DNA from: Candidatus Fimihabitans intestinipullorum
Lineage (GTDB): Bacteria; Bacillota_I; Bacilli_A; RF39; UBA660
DNA: 64,000 nt
Direction of reading: 5' to 3'
Assembly: GCA_018714965.1 (NCBI GenBank)
Contig: DVML01000007.1
Location: 74,610-138,609, forward strand
Shown here piece by piece: positions 1 to 9,793 of this stretch. The notes under the pieces are model-generated. The model made no database searches and was not told the DNA's origin. It saw only the letters and a list, made by a program, of their open reading frames with translations. Each line of letters opens with the position of its first letter. Positions within the stretch are counted from its first letter, which is position 1. A program made the translations under genes and the position numbers.

Positions 1-16
1 AATCGAAGAAGAATAA

Positions 17-46
17 GAGGTAGAGCGATCTACCTTTTTCTTTTTT
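17..46 (+). terminator. Rho-independent terminator of a gene upstream of the window
   Basis: GGTAGA-gcga-TCTACC hairpin followed by T-runs. Confidence 0.5.
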
Positions 47-179
47 GCAAAGAGAAAACTTGATTGAAAAACAAGGAAAAAACGAAGAAAAATAAGAAAA
101 AACATTGCTTTTATGTATAAAAAATGGTATTCTTAAAATGTAAGCAAGATAGCTTAACAAAATAGGGAGGTAAACGCAG

Positions 180-452
180 ATGACAAAAACATTATTAGTA
201 GACTATATTGCAGAAGAAACAGGATTAACAAAAGCTGATTCAGCACGTGCTTTAGAAGCAATGATGAATGGAATTGTAAAAGGATTAAAAGAAGACGGAA
301 AAGTTACTTTAACTGGGTTCTGTACATTTACTGCAGTAAAAAAAGCTGCTAAAACAGGACGTAACCCAAGAACTGGGGAAGCTGTTCAAATTCCTGCAAG
401 AGTTGCTGCTACAATCAAAGCTGGTTCTAAGTTAAAAGAAGCTTTAAACTAA
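180..452 (+). CDS. hup: HU family DNA-binding protein
   Basis: 90-aa ORF with HU/IHF arm signature GRNPRTGEAVQIPA; AGGGAGG RBS upstream. Confidence 0.9.
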   Translation: MTKTLLVDYIAEETGLTKADSARALEAMMNGIVKGLKEDGKVTLTGFCTFTAVKKAAKTGRNPRTGEAVQIPARVAATIKAGSKLKEALN

Positions 453-462
453 AAAAGTAAAG

Positions 463-485
463 AAGACACGTTGTGTCTTTTTTTC
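463..485 (+). terminator. Rho-independent terminator after hup
   Basis: AAGACAC-gtt-GTGTCTT hairpin plus T-run. Confidence 0.7.
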
Positions 486-525
486 ATAGAATAATTGTGA
501 TATGCTTACATTGTGAGGTGATAAG

Positions 526-1611
526 ATGCCAGTAGAAGTAAGACGAATAATTAAGAGGATCCTTGATGCTTCTTATGAAGCGTATCTCGTAGGTGGTTAC
601 CCGAGAGACTATTATAGGGGATTTGTATCTGACGACTATGATATTTGTACGAATGCGACACCAGAAGAGTTAAAAAAGTTATTTCCGCATCTTGAAGAGA
701 TACGTTTTGGATCTTGTCGATTAAAAGAAGGAACGTTCGAAGTAGAAATCACGACATATCGAGAAGAATATGAGTATCAAGCTCATCGTTTTATAAAGAA
801 TTATCGTTATGTGGATACATTAAGACAAGACTTAATGCGAAGAGACTTTGTGATGAATACATTATGTATGGATATAAATGGAAACTATATCGATCTTTTA
901 AATGCTAGAGAAGACATCGACAAAAGAATGATACGTACAGTAGGCGATCCATTTCAAAGATTGGAAGAGGATGCTTTAAGAATATTGCGCGCTGTTCGTT
1001 TTGCAACTACACTACACTTTGATATTGATCCTTCTTTGAAAGAAGCGATAATAGAAAAAAGAGATCTTTTAAAGGAACTATCTAAGGATCGCATCAAAAT
1101 GGAACTAGATCGTATTTTACAAGATCCAAGTGGATTAGAGTGGCTTTGTAAGTTGAAATTAGAAGAGGCATTGGAACTAGGTGAGTTTTCCAATGTGACA
1201 TGGGTAGATGATATTGATTTTTGCTGGGCGCAGTTGAATTGGAAAGCTTATCCAATGAGTCGTAAAAAGACAAGTAAAATAAGTGCAATTCAAAAATTAT
1301 TACACCAGAACTTATCGGATCCACTTGTTTTATATCAAACGGAAGATGAGTGGATAAGAAAACTGGCTATGATTAAGAATATATCCTATGAGGAGTTAAG
1401 TCGAAAAAAAGAATTATTGCCAATTCATGGAACGAAAGAAATTGCTGTTTCAATCGATGGTTTGAAACAAACATGTGCCACGTATTCTGATAAACTTATT
1501 TATCAGTGGTGGAAAGAGTTAGAAATACAAATTGTTCTTGGAGCAGTAGAAAATACCAAAGATGCGATTCACAGATTTATAGATCAAAAAATTTCTATAC
1601 ATCAGAAATAA
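526..1611 (+). CDS. cca: CCA-adding tRNA nucleotidyltransferase / poly(A) polymerase family protein
   Basis: Class II nucleotidyltransferase motifs GGYPRD, DYDICT, RRDFVMN, EDALRILRAVRF. Confidence 0.8.
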   Translation: MPVEVRRIIKRILDASYEAYLVGGYPRDYYRGFVSDDYDICTNATPEELKKLFPHLEEIRFGSCRLKEGTFEVEITTYREEYEYQAHRFIKNYRYVDTLRQDLMRRDFVMNTLCMDINGNYIDLLNAREDIDKRMIRTVGDPFQRLEEDALRILRAVRFATTLHFDIDPSLKEAIIEKRDLLKELSKDRIKMELDRILQDPSGLEWLCKLKLEEALELGEFSNVTWVDDIDFCWAQLNWKAYPMSRKKTSKISAIQKLLHQNLSDPLVLYQTEDEWIRKLAMIKNISYEELSRKKELLPIHGTKEIAVSIDGLKQTCATYSDKLIYQWWKELEIQIVLGAVENTKDAIHRFIDQKISIHQK

Positions 1612-1645
1612 AATAGAGTATAATAGTGAGACAAGGTGGTGAAAC

Positions 1646-2287
1646 ATGTTAGAGAAGATCATGCATATATTAGAACATGGTACATATCAAATACCAAGTT
1701 TATTAATTACAAATTATAAAGAGCTAAAGCTCTCAGATATAGAGTTTATTACATTGATTTATTTGATGAATACAGATAGTATGTTTGCACCAAAAGAGAT
1801 TGGAAATACACTTCATCTTTCTTTGGAAGAAGTATTAGAGACGATCAGTTCTTTGGAAGCAAAAGGATTTATAAAAATAGAGATGAAGAAAAGAAGAGAA
1901 GTAAGGGAAGAACATATCAACTTAGAAGGAATTTATCAGAAACTTGCTTTTTCCTATGTCGAAGAGCCGAAAGAAAAGGAAGCAGCACCTAATTTATTTA
2001 CCACATTTGAAACGGAATTTGCTCGACCTTTGTCGCCGATTGAATACGAGCTAATCAATGGATGGAAAGAGAATGACTTTTCGGATGAACTGATCACTCT
2101 AGCACTCAAGGAAGCAGTATATAATGGTGTGACAAATTTGCGATATATCGATAAAATTTTATACGAATGGAAGAAGAAAGGAATTCGTACGAAAGAGCAA
2201 GTGGAACAGTCTAGAGTGGCTTTTAAGTCGAAAAAAGAGGAGAAGCAGGAACTATTTGATTATGATTGGTTAGATGATAATGCTTAA
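1646..2287 (+). CDS. dnaD: DnaD-domain replication initiation / membrane attachment protein
   Basis: C-terminal DnaD/DnaB_2-like domain (LSPIEYELINGW...NLRYIDKILYEWKKKGI); dnaD-nth synteny as in Bacillus; 14-nt overlap with nth. Confidence 0.75.
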   Translation: MLEKIMHILEHGTYQIPSLLITNYKELKLSDIEFITLIYLMNTDSMFAPKEIGNTLHLSLEEVLETISSLEAKGFIKIEMKKRREVREEHINLEGIYQKLAFSYVEEPKEKEAAPNLFTTFETEFARPLSPIEYELINGWKENDFSDELITLALKEAVYNGVTNLRYIDKILYEWKKKGIRTKEQVEQSRVAFKSKKEEKQELFDYDWLDDNA

Positions 2288-2921
2288 GGATTTTACTGAA
2301 TATCTAGATGAATTAATTCCCAATCCTGCTTGTGAATTAAATTACCACAAAGACTATGAACTTTTAATGGCAGTCATGTTGAGTGCACAGACGACAGATA
2401 AAAGAGTAAACGAAGTAACTGCAGTATTGTTTCAAAAATATCCAACGTTAGAAGCTTTAAAAGATGCGGATCTGTCTGACCTTATGAAGATCATTCGACC
2501 AATTGGAACATTTCAGAAAAAATCGGCGAATGTCAAAGAGATAGCGCGAAGATTATTAGAAGATCAAGGTGGAAAAGTTCCACAAGATCGATCGTATTTA
2601 GAAACGTTACCAGGAGTCGGACGAAAGACAACAAATGTCGTTTTGGGAGAACTATTTCATGAACAATGTATTGCAGTAGATACTCACGTAGAAAGAGTGA
2701 GCAAACGACTCAAATTAGCTGCAGAACAAGACGATGTCCTTACTGTCGAAAAAAAGCTTACAAAAAAACTCAAAGGATATGATTTGTGGAAGATGCATCA
2801 TCAGATCCTACTGTTTGGTAGATACTATTGTAAGAGTCAAAATCCACAGTGTGAACATTGCAAAATGCAAGCATATTGTCGTTATTATAAGAAAAATCAA
2901 AAGAAAAAAGTCGCTTCTTAA
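2274..2921 (+). CDS. nth: Endonuclease III
   Basis: HhH-GPD motif LPGVGRKTTNVV and C-terminal 4Fe-4S motif CKSQNPQCEHCKMQAYC. Confidence 0.9.
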   Translation: MIMLKDFTEYLDELIPNPACELNYHKDYELLMAVMLSAQTTDKRVNEVTAVLFQKYPTLEALKDADLSDLMKIIRPIGTFQKKSANVKEIARRLLEDQGGKVPQDRSYLETLPGVGRKTTNVVLGELFHEQCIAVDTHVERVSKRLKLAAEQDDVLTVEKKLTKKLKGYDLWKMHHQILLFGRYYCKSQNPQCEHCKMQAYCRYYKKNQKKKVAS

Positions 2922-2935
2922 AGTGACTTTTATTT

Positions 2936-3481
2936 TTATAGTTTAAAATCGTTGTATATTTCATCGTTCATATTTTTTCCATCGAAGTAAGTTCTCTCTT
3001 TAAATTTACAAATTTTAGATACGATATTTGATGGAAATGCGCGGACTAATTTATTGTAGTCAGTAATAATATCATTATAATACTTACGATAAGCGTAAAT
3101 ATCAGTTTCAGTCTCATTTAAACCAATATCGATTTTCAAGAAGCTTTCTGAATTTTTTAATTCTGGATATTCTTCTTTATACTTATTAAATTCATTGATT
3201 GCTTCGTATAATTGACGATCTAGTTCAAAGTTTGTCAACTTTCTCGAGCGAAGTTTTACGATAATCCCTAAGATATCTTTATCGATATCGGTATTGGCTT
3301 TGATAATTCCGATTGATTTATTTAAAAGATCAAATCTCTTTCTCAAAGTAGAATCGATATTTGCCTCTGCTTCGTTGATTCGAATAATACAGCTTTGAAA
3401 GCGATTAAAAATATTGATATAGCAGATCAAAATAATACAAATTACGATACATAGTACCAAAGAATACATAAATAAGTCCAT
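2936..3481 (-). CDS. LemA family membrane protein
   Basis: N-terminal TM helix, LemA-like RKRFDLLNKS and C-terminal YNDIITDYNKLVRAFPSNIV. Confidence 0.75.
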   Translation of the reverse strand: MDLFMYSLVLCIVICIILICYINIFNRFQSCIIRINEAEANIDSTLRKRFDLLNKSIGIIKANTDIDKDILGIIVKLRSRKLTNFELDRQLYEAINEFNKYKEEYPELKNSESFLKIDIGLNETETDIYAYRKYYNDIITDYNKLVRAFPSNIVSKICKFKERTYFDGKNMNDEIYNDFKL

Positions 3482-3533
3482 ATGATCACCTTATTTCATT
3501 ATAGCAGAAATAGGGAGTAAGATCAATTGTTAT

Positions 3534-3881
3534 TTATAAATTTGGAACGAATTCAGGACTGTAATTAATACGTTCTTCGAATTCTACATAATCAAGATAA
3601 ATCATTTGTAACAAGTACCATTTACCCGTTTGTGGATCACTTAAGATAAGATGATCACGACCTGATTGTTCGATGATGCCATCAAATACTTTATCACGCC
3701 ATTCAGTAGAATCGGTAAATGTCATATAGACTCGTACTTTCTTTCCTTTGTTAAGACGTAGAATGTTTTCGATATAGGATTGTTCTATATCAAAAGCTCC
3801 AGATGTTATGGCAGTAGATTGATTAGGCACCTGCATAGGTTGCCCTGGAAATGCTTGATTTGGATAAAAATTTTGATTCAC
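3534..3881 (-). CDS. gerQ: Spore coat protein GerQ-like
   Basis: Q/P-rich N-terminus, then EQSYIENILRLNKGKK...GRDHLILSDPQTGKWYLLQMIYLDYVEFEE, as remembered for Bacillus GerQ/YwdL. Confidence 0.6.
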   Translation of the reverse strand: MNQNFYPNQAFPGQPMQVPNQSTAITSGAFDIEQSYIENILRLNKGKKVRVYMTFTDSTEWRDKVFDGIIEQSGRDHLILSDPQTGKWYLLQMIYLDYVEFEERINYSPEFVPNL

Positions 3882-3955
3882 TTTATCACCTCTTACTAAA
3901 ATGTATGTATAAATTATTAAAATATGATATACTGTTGTTAATTTGGAGGAGTTAT

Positions 3956-4660
3956 ATGAAATTAGAATTAAATCATATCGAAAAAAGATTCGACGATAAG
4001 GAAGTATTAAAGGATGTTTCTTTTACGTTTGAAGAGGGGCATATTTATGGGTTATTAGGGCGTAATGGAGCAGGAAAGACAACTCTTTTTAATTGTATCA
4101 ATGAGGATTTGAAAATAGATGCAGGAGAGTTTTATATCGAAGATAATAAAGGGAAAAGAAAAATTACGTCAGATGATATTGGTTATGTATTATCTACACC
4201 AATCGTTCCGGAATTTTTAACGGGAAGAGAGTTTTTAAAGTTTTTTATCGATATCAATCGACGTCGTATGAAAGAAGAAAAGACGATTGACGAATATTTT
4301 GAACTGATGAAAATAGACGAGGAAGATCGCGATAAACTCATGAAAGACTATTCTCATGGAATGAAAAATAAAATGCAACTTTTGGTCAATATTATTGCGA
4401 ATCCTAAAATATTATTGCTTGATGAACCACTAACCTCATTTGATGTCGTTGTGGCAGAAGAGATGAAAGGGCTATTAAAACAGCTAAAACATGACCATAT
4501 TTTGATTTTTTCTACACATATTATGGAATTGGCTTTAGATTTGTGCGATGAGATCGTCATATTAAATCACGGTGTATTAGAGGAAGTTGATCGTCATAAC
4601 TTAGAAAGAAATGCACTCAAAGATAAAATTATCTCTGCTTTGAAAGGAGAAGACGAATGA
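3956..4660 (+). CDS. ABC transporter ATP-binding protein
   Basis: Walker A GRNGAGKTT, Walker B LLLDEP; start moved to the ATG behind a GGAGG RBS (track ORF begins at 3851). Confidence 0.85.
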   Translation: MKLELNHIEKRFDDKEVLKDVSFTFEEGHIYGLLGRNGAGKTTLFNCINEDLKIDAGEFYIEDNKGKRKITSDDIGYVLSTPIVPEFLTGREFLKFFIDINRRRMKEEKTIDEYFELMKIDEEDRDKLMKDYSHGMKNKMQLLVNIIANPKILLLDEPLTSFDVVVAEEMKGLLKQLKHDHILIFSTHIMELALDLCDEIVILNHGVLEEVDRHNLERNALKDKIISALKGEDE

Positions 4661-6231
4661 TAGAAACATTTCTTTTGTCATTTCACCTTAAATTGACGTA
4701 TCGAAAAAATAGTATTATCTATGCATTCCAACAATTTCCTTTTATTGGAAAATATTTTTCTAACCATTTATATGGAAATGGTGGAATAGAAGCGTTGATT
4801 AGTGTGATTAGTGCATTCATTGAATTTATTTCTATTTTCCTTGGGAAATTTCTCTATATTTCGTTAATGGTGTTTTTACCCGCTTCTTTTTACAAGGGAA
4901 ACGAAGTATCATCTTTTCTCATTATCTTATTCTTTCTTACTATTGTAGGAACATGGTTGAATACAAATATGTTTAATCCTACTAAGGATAAGTATTATGC
5001 GATTGTCTTAATGCGAATGAATGCTAAAAAAGAGGCGATTTCAGAATATGGATATTTTCTTTTAAAGATGATCATAGGTATGTATCCATTTGTGTTCTTA
5101 TTTGGCTTTCTATCACATGTGCCTTGGCATTTATGCCTACTTGCGCCCTGGATGGTAGTTGGTTTAAAAGTCATATCGACGGCTTACAATCTGAATCTTT
5201 ATAAGAAAAGAGAATTAATTGTCAATGAAAATAAGCCAACCCCTGTCATTTGGATTTTCATTATATTATTTACGGTGCTTGCTTATATCGTTCCGTTATG
5301 TAAGATACTAGGAATAGAGTGGATTATGTTTTGTTGCTATTTACTTGTCATTATTCTTGGAATTATAATGTGGAAATACATTGTAGATTTCGACGATTAT
5401 TTTACAATATATAAGAAATTATTAACACCAGATCATGTGATCTTGAATGCGAAGAATACGCAGCAAGACACGTTGAGAAAAAACGCCTTAAATGCGATCG
5501 ACAATAAAAATCTGGCGACGAGTAATAAGAAGGGATATGATTTCTTTCACGAACTCTTTATTAAACGTCATCGCAAGATCTTGACGACATCTGCACATAA
5601 TATTGCTTTAGTTGCATTTGTTGTCACTTGCATTGCAGGTTTGGTGTTGGTTCTTGTGCCGGATGCAAAAAAGCCCATAAATAGTGTGATGATGAATTTC
5701 TTGCCATATTTTCTATTTATTATGTATTTGTTAAATCGAGGAAGTACGGTAACACAAGCGATGTTTATGAACTGTGATCATAGCATGCTGACTTACCGAT
5801 TCTATCGTCAACCTAAAACTATTTTGGAGTTATTTCGAAGACGTATTGTCGATATTGTAAAAATTAATCTAGAGCCTGCTTTCGTGATTGCACTCGCACT
5901 TCCATTTTTATTGTGGTTGAGTGGTGGAACTTCGGAAAGCTTAAATTATATTGTTTTATTTGTATCGATTATTTCTATGGCAATCTTTTTTTCAGTACAT
6001 CATCTCGTCATTTATTATTTGCTTCAACCATATAACATCAATATGGAAATGAAGAGCCCTGCTTACCAAGTCGTCAATTGGTCAACTTATTTCATTTGTT
6101 ATTATATGATGGATCTTAAGATGCCAACAATGGTATTTGGGACAGTTATGATAGTGTTTGCTGTAGCGTATGTTCTTATTTCGTTGTTTTTGGCATATCG
6201 ATATGCACCGAAGACATTTCATTTAAAGTAA
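4657..6231 (+). CDS. Polytopic membrane protein, probable permease partner of the preceding ABC ATPase
   Basis: 4-nt start/stop overlap with the ATPase gene; many hydrophobic helices; no family motif recognised. Confidence 0.55.
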   Translation: MIETFLLSFHLKLTYRKNSIIYAFQQFPFIGKYFSNHLYGNGGIEALISVISAFIEFISIFLGKFLYISLMVFLPASFYKGNEVSSFLIILFFLTIVGTWLNTNMFNPTKDKYYAIVLMRMNAKKEAISEYGYFLLKMIIGMYPFVFLFGFLSHVPWHLCLLAPWMVVGLKVISTAYNLNLYKKRELIVNENKPTPVIWIFIILFTVLAYIVPLCKILGIEWIMFCCYLLVIILGIIMWKYIVDFDDYFTIYKKLLTPDHVILNAKNTQQDTLRKNALNAIDNKNLATSNKKGYDFFHELFIKRHRKILTTSAHNIALVAFVVTCIAGLVLVLVPDAKKPINSVMMNFLPYFLFIMYLLNRGSTVTQAMFMNCDHSMLTYRFYRQPKTILELFRRRIVDIVKINLEPAFVIALALPFLLWLSGGTSESLNYIVLFVSIISMAIFFSVHHLVIYYLLQPYNINMEMKSPAYQVVNWSTYFICYYMMDLKMPTMVFGTVMIVFAVAYVLISLFLAYRYAPKTFHLK

Positions 6232-6317
6232 ATTTTATGTAGAATGTATGTCAAATAAGTGGAAATATGATCGTTCAAAATGAGAATCATGATATAATGA
6301 CTTGTGGAGGTGGAAAT

Positions 6318-6899
6318 ATGAAAGTGACAGTAGGAGTATCGAACCGTCATGTTCATTTGACAAAATCAGATTTAGAAACATTATTCGGAATTGGACACGA
6401 GTTAACGAAGGTAAAAGATATCAATCAGCCTGGACAATTTGCAAGTGCGGAAATGGTAACGTTAAAAACTGAGAAAAACGAAATCAAAAAAGTACGTGTG
6501 CTCGGGCCTATTCGTCCATATACACAAGTGGAGATTTCTAAGACAGACGCCTTTACACTTGGGTTAAAGCCACCAATGAGAGAATCTGGAGATGTTGTAG
6601 GAAGTGCTCCAATTACATTGATTGGTCCCAATGGAACGATCGACCTAAAAGAAGGCTGTATTATTGCAACGAGACATATCCATGCTACGAAAGAAGATGC
6701 AAAGAGATTGGGATTAGAAGGAATCGATAAAGTATCGGTAAGAGTAGGAGGAGAAAAAGGTGGAGTAATGGAAAACGTTTCCGTACGTGTCGCAGATAAT
6801 TCTTACTACGAAATGCATATCGATACAGATGATGCTAATGCACATTTTATTTCGAATGGTGATGAAGTGGAGATTATACTACCAAATGCTAAGAACTAG
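6318..6899 (+). CDS. pduL: Phosphate propanoyl/acetyltransferase PduL
   Basis: Two PduL repeats (VSNRHVHL... and ATRHIHA...); start at the ATG after a GGAGGTGG RBS. Confidence 0.85.
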   Translation: MKVTVGVSNRHVHLTKSDLETLFGIGHELTKVKDINQPGQFASAEMVTLKTEKNEIKKVRVLGPIRPYTQVEISKTDAFTLGLKPPMRESGDVVGSAPITLIGPNGTIDLKEGCIIATRHIHATKEDAKRLGLEGIDKVSVRVGGEKGGVMENVSVRVADNSYYEMHIDTDDANAHFISNGDEVEIILPNAKN

Positions 6900-7110
6900 A
6901 ATTAAGATATGTGATAAATGCAGAGGAACAAATGTGGAAACACTGGTTCCAAGAATTAAAGAGATTCTTCCTGATGCAGAAATTCAAATTGGATGTCAGA
7001 ATTTTTGTGGTATTGGTCAAACTAAGGCTTTTTTGATTTTGAATCATAAGCCAATAATTGCAGAGAACGAAGATGAGTTGATCGAGAAATTGAAAGAATC
7101 TTGTAAATAA
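6886..7110 (+). CDS. DUF1450 (YuzB-like) small Cys-containing protein
   Basis: CDKC...CQNFCG pattern and length typical of DUF1450; first in-frame ATG overlaps the pduL 3' end, so the start is uncertain. Confidence 0.5.
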   Translation: MLRTRIKICDKCRGTNVETLVPRIKEILPDAEIQIGCQNFCGIGQTKAFLILNHKPIIAENEDELIEKLKESCK

Positions 7111-7125
7111 GATTCTTTTTTAGAA

Positions 7126-7446
7126 ATGAGGTTAGAATTGAAAAAAGAGAACGAAAAGAAGGGGAGAACACAGTGGATCGGGATCGCAATTTTATCGATT
7201 GTACTTATTATTTTTCTGTGCTTTCTTTTTTATGTAACGGACGTGATCGGTACGTTTTGTGAAGAGCATTTAGGGGCGTGTCACAGGTCAGTGACAGATG
7301 CAAATAGTTTGTTTTCCATTCTTAGGTTGAAAGAATATAGTTGGGTAAAATATGTGATATTGGCAATCCCAATCATTAGTTTTTTGTTGTCGCTTATAAA
7401 TGTGATGCGTTTTAATAAACGAAAATGGAAGAACGAAAAGTGTTAA
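7126..7446 (+). CDS. Small membrane protein, unknown function
   Basis: 106-aa ORF with two hydrophobic helices; no recognisable motif. Confidence 0.4.
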   Translation: MRLELKKENEKKGRTQWIGIAILSIVLIIFLCFLFYVTDVIGTFCEEHLGACHRSVTDANSLFSILRLKEYSWVKYVILAIPIISFLLSLINVMRFNKRKWKNEKC

Positions 7447-7518
7447 TTTTCGTAAAGTAAATAGTGTAAATGTGTATTTTTACATGGATATCCTTTATAA
7501 TGAAAATAGAGGTGGGTT

Positions 7519-9630
7519 ATGGAAGAACAGATATTGGAGATACTTAGGCACGAGAAGAGAGCTTATTCTGTTTCAGAATTGGAAGATTTACTCGGCCTTG
7601 GTTCGGTGGAAGAACTAAAAGAATTATTAAAAACCTTAAATCGTTTAGAAGACCAATTAAAAGTATATCGTACAAATAAAAACAATTATATGTTATTTCA
7701 GAATAGTCATTTAAAGATAGGAAAGCTACTAGGAAATAAAAAAGGGTTTGGATTTGTCGATATCGAGGGAGACGATGATGTTTTCATCGCACCTTCACAT
7801 ATGAATAATGCAATTCACGGGGATACTGTCATCGTTGAAATTACTTCTCAAAAGGGAAGTGATTTGGAAGGTCGTGTCGTCAAGATTGTCGACCGTAAGT
7901 TAAAACAGATGGTTGGAGAATTTTACTATAAAGGCGGAAAAGGACATGTCGATTTAGATGACGATAAGGTAAAACTAAATATTGAGATCGATCAAGACAA
8001 GACACTAGGTGCTATGAATGGGCACAAAGTATTGGTAAAAATATTAAATAAATTAAAAGACAATAATTACAAGGGTCAAGTTGTAAAGATTCTAGGACAT
8101 AAAAACGATCCTGGAGTCGATATTCTATCGATTGTAGCAAAATATGAAATTAATGATACTTTTCCTGATGAAGTAATGGAACAAGTAGAGGGAATTGAAC
8201 TAGAAGTATCAGAAGAAGAAAAGAAAAATCGTCGTGATTTGAGAGATCATATGATTTTTACAATCGATGGAGACGATGCGAAAGATTTAGATGATGCAGT
8301 AGAATTTAAAAGACTTGAGAATGGTCATTATTTTTTAGGTGTTCATATCGCCGATGTATCTTATTATGTAAAAGAAAATACACCACTAGATAAAGAGGCG
8401 TTTGAACGTGGAACAAGCGTCTATTTAGCAGATCGAGTTATTCCGATGTTGCCGCATAAATTATCAAATGGAATTTGTTCGTTAAATGGTGGAGTAGATC
8501 GTTTAGCAATGTCATGCGAAATGGAAATCGACGAGAAAGGAAATGTCGTAGATTATGATATTTTTGAAAGTGTCATCAACTCTAAGAAGAGAATGACATA
8601 TAAATGTGTTAATCAAATATTAGAGAAAAATGAAATACCAGAGGGATATGAACCGTTTGTAGAATCGCTACATGGTATGGCAGAACTAGCCCATGTTTTA
8701 CGTAAAAATAAAGAAGAAAGAGGATATATCGATTTTGATATCGACGAAGCTAAAATCGTTGTAAATGAACAAGGTGAAGCTGTCGATGTCGTATTGCGTG
8801 AACGTGGTACGGGAGAAAAACTAATCGAAGACTTCATGATCGCTGCAAATGAAACGGTAGCAACACATATTTACTTTATGGAACTTCCATTTATCTATCG
8901 TGTTCATGGGGAACCGAATGAAGAAAAGATTAACAATTTTGTTCGATTTGTTGCTATGCTTGGATACAAGATTGAAGGAAAAGTAAAAGATATTCATCCA
9001 AAGACAATGCAGATGATATTGAATTCTTTGAAAGATAAAAAAGAGTTCCATATTTTATCATCTCTCTTATTACGTAGTATGCAAAAAGCTGTATACGATA
9101 AAAAGAACATTGGCCACTTTGGATTAGCTAGTAAGTGTTATACCCATTTTACTTCTCCAATCCGCAGATATCCAGATACGACAGTACATAGATTATTACG
9201 TACTTATCTATTTGAAAATCATATGGACAAAGATACGATCAACTATTGGGATCAAAAACTTATTTTTGTAGCAGAACATTCTTCTGAAAGAGAACGTGCA
9301 GCAGTCGCTTGTGAACGTGAAGTAGATGATATGAAGAAAGCAGAATATATGATGAAACATATTGGTGAAGAATATGAAGGAATCGTATCTAGCGTAATTA
9401 GTTTCGGAATGTTTGTCGAACTTGATAACCTAGTAGAAGGTCTTGTTCACATTGATACGTTGACAGATGATCAATACCACTTTGATGAAACGACGTTCGC
9501 ACTTGTAGGAGAAAGAAACAAACGAGGATATCGTTTGGGAGACCGCGTAAAAATCGTTGTTACAAATGCGAATAAGCAGACAAAAACAGTTGATTTTGAA
9601 TTAGTCAAAGAAAAGAAAGAAGTCGAGTAA
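7519..9630 (+). CDS. rnr: Ribonuclease R
   Basis: HTH and cold-shock-like N-terminus, RNB motifs TIDGDDAKDLDDAV and HFTSPIRRYPD, C-terminal S1 domain. Confidence 0.9.
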   Translation: MEEQILEILRHEKRAYSVSELEDLLGLGSVEELKELLKTLNRLEDQLKVYRTNKNNYMLFQNSHLKIGKLLGNKKGFGFVDIEGDDDVFIAPSHMNNAIHGDTVIVEITSQKGSDLEGRVVKIVDRKLKQMVGEFYYKGGKGHVDLDDDKVKLNIEIDQDKTLGAMNGHKVLVKILNKLKDNNYKGQVVKILGHKNDPGVDILSIVAKYEINDTFPDEVMEQVEGIELEVSEEEKKNRRDLRDHMIFTIDGDDAKDLDDAVEFKRLENGHYFLGVHIADVSYYVKENTPLDKEAFERGTSVYLADRVIPMLPHKLSNGICSLNGGVDRLAMSCEMEIDEKGNVVDYDIFESVINSKKRMTYKCVNQILEKNEIPEGYEPFVESLHGMAELAHVLRKNKEERGYIDFDIDEAKIVVNEQGEAVDVVLRERGTGEKLIEDFMIAANETVATHIYFMELPFIYRVHGEPNEEKINNFVRFVAMLGYKIEGKVKDIHPKTMQMILNSLKDKKEFHILSSLLLRSMQKAVYDKKNIGHFGLASKCYTHFTSPIRRYPDTTVHRLLRTYLFENHMDKDTINYWDQKLIFVAEHSSERERAAVACEREVDDMKKAEYMMKHIGEEYEGIVSSVISFGMFVELDNLVEGLVHIDTLTDDQYHFDETTFALVGERNKRGYRLGDRVKIVVTNANKQTKTVDFELVKEKKEVE

Positions 9631-9649
9631 AATTTACTCGATTTTTTTA
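9624..9649 (+). terminator. Rho-independent terminator after rnr
   Basis: CGAGTA-loop-TACTCG hairpin overlapping the stop codon, followed by TTTTTTT. Confidence 0.7.
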
Positions 9650-9793
9650 TTTCAACTATATTTTCAAAGAAACAAACCACTATGAAATAATAAACATAGG
9701 ATCAAAGTTGAGATAATTTTGAATTATAGTTCTAGACTATTAAAATGATATAAAAAATGATAAAATAATATGTAGAAAAGGAGTGACTTTTTT

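Noticed and set aside
2734-2964. 70-aa + strand and 64-aa minus-strand ORFs at the nth 3' end
   Set aside because: Both overlap nth and lemA coding sequence in other frames, and neither has an RBS.
6787-6885. N-terminal extension of the DUF1450 ORF as given in the track (start 6787)
   Set aside because: The extension lies in an alternative frame deep inside pduL. The DUF1450-homologous part begins only near 6900.
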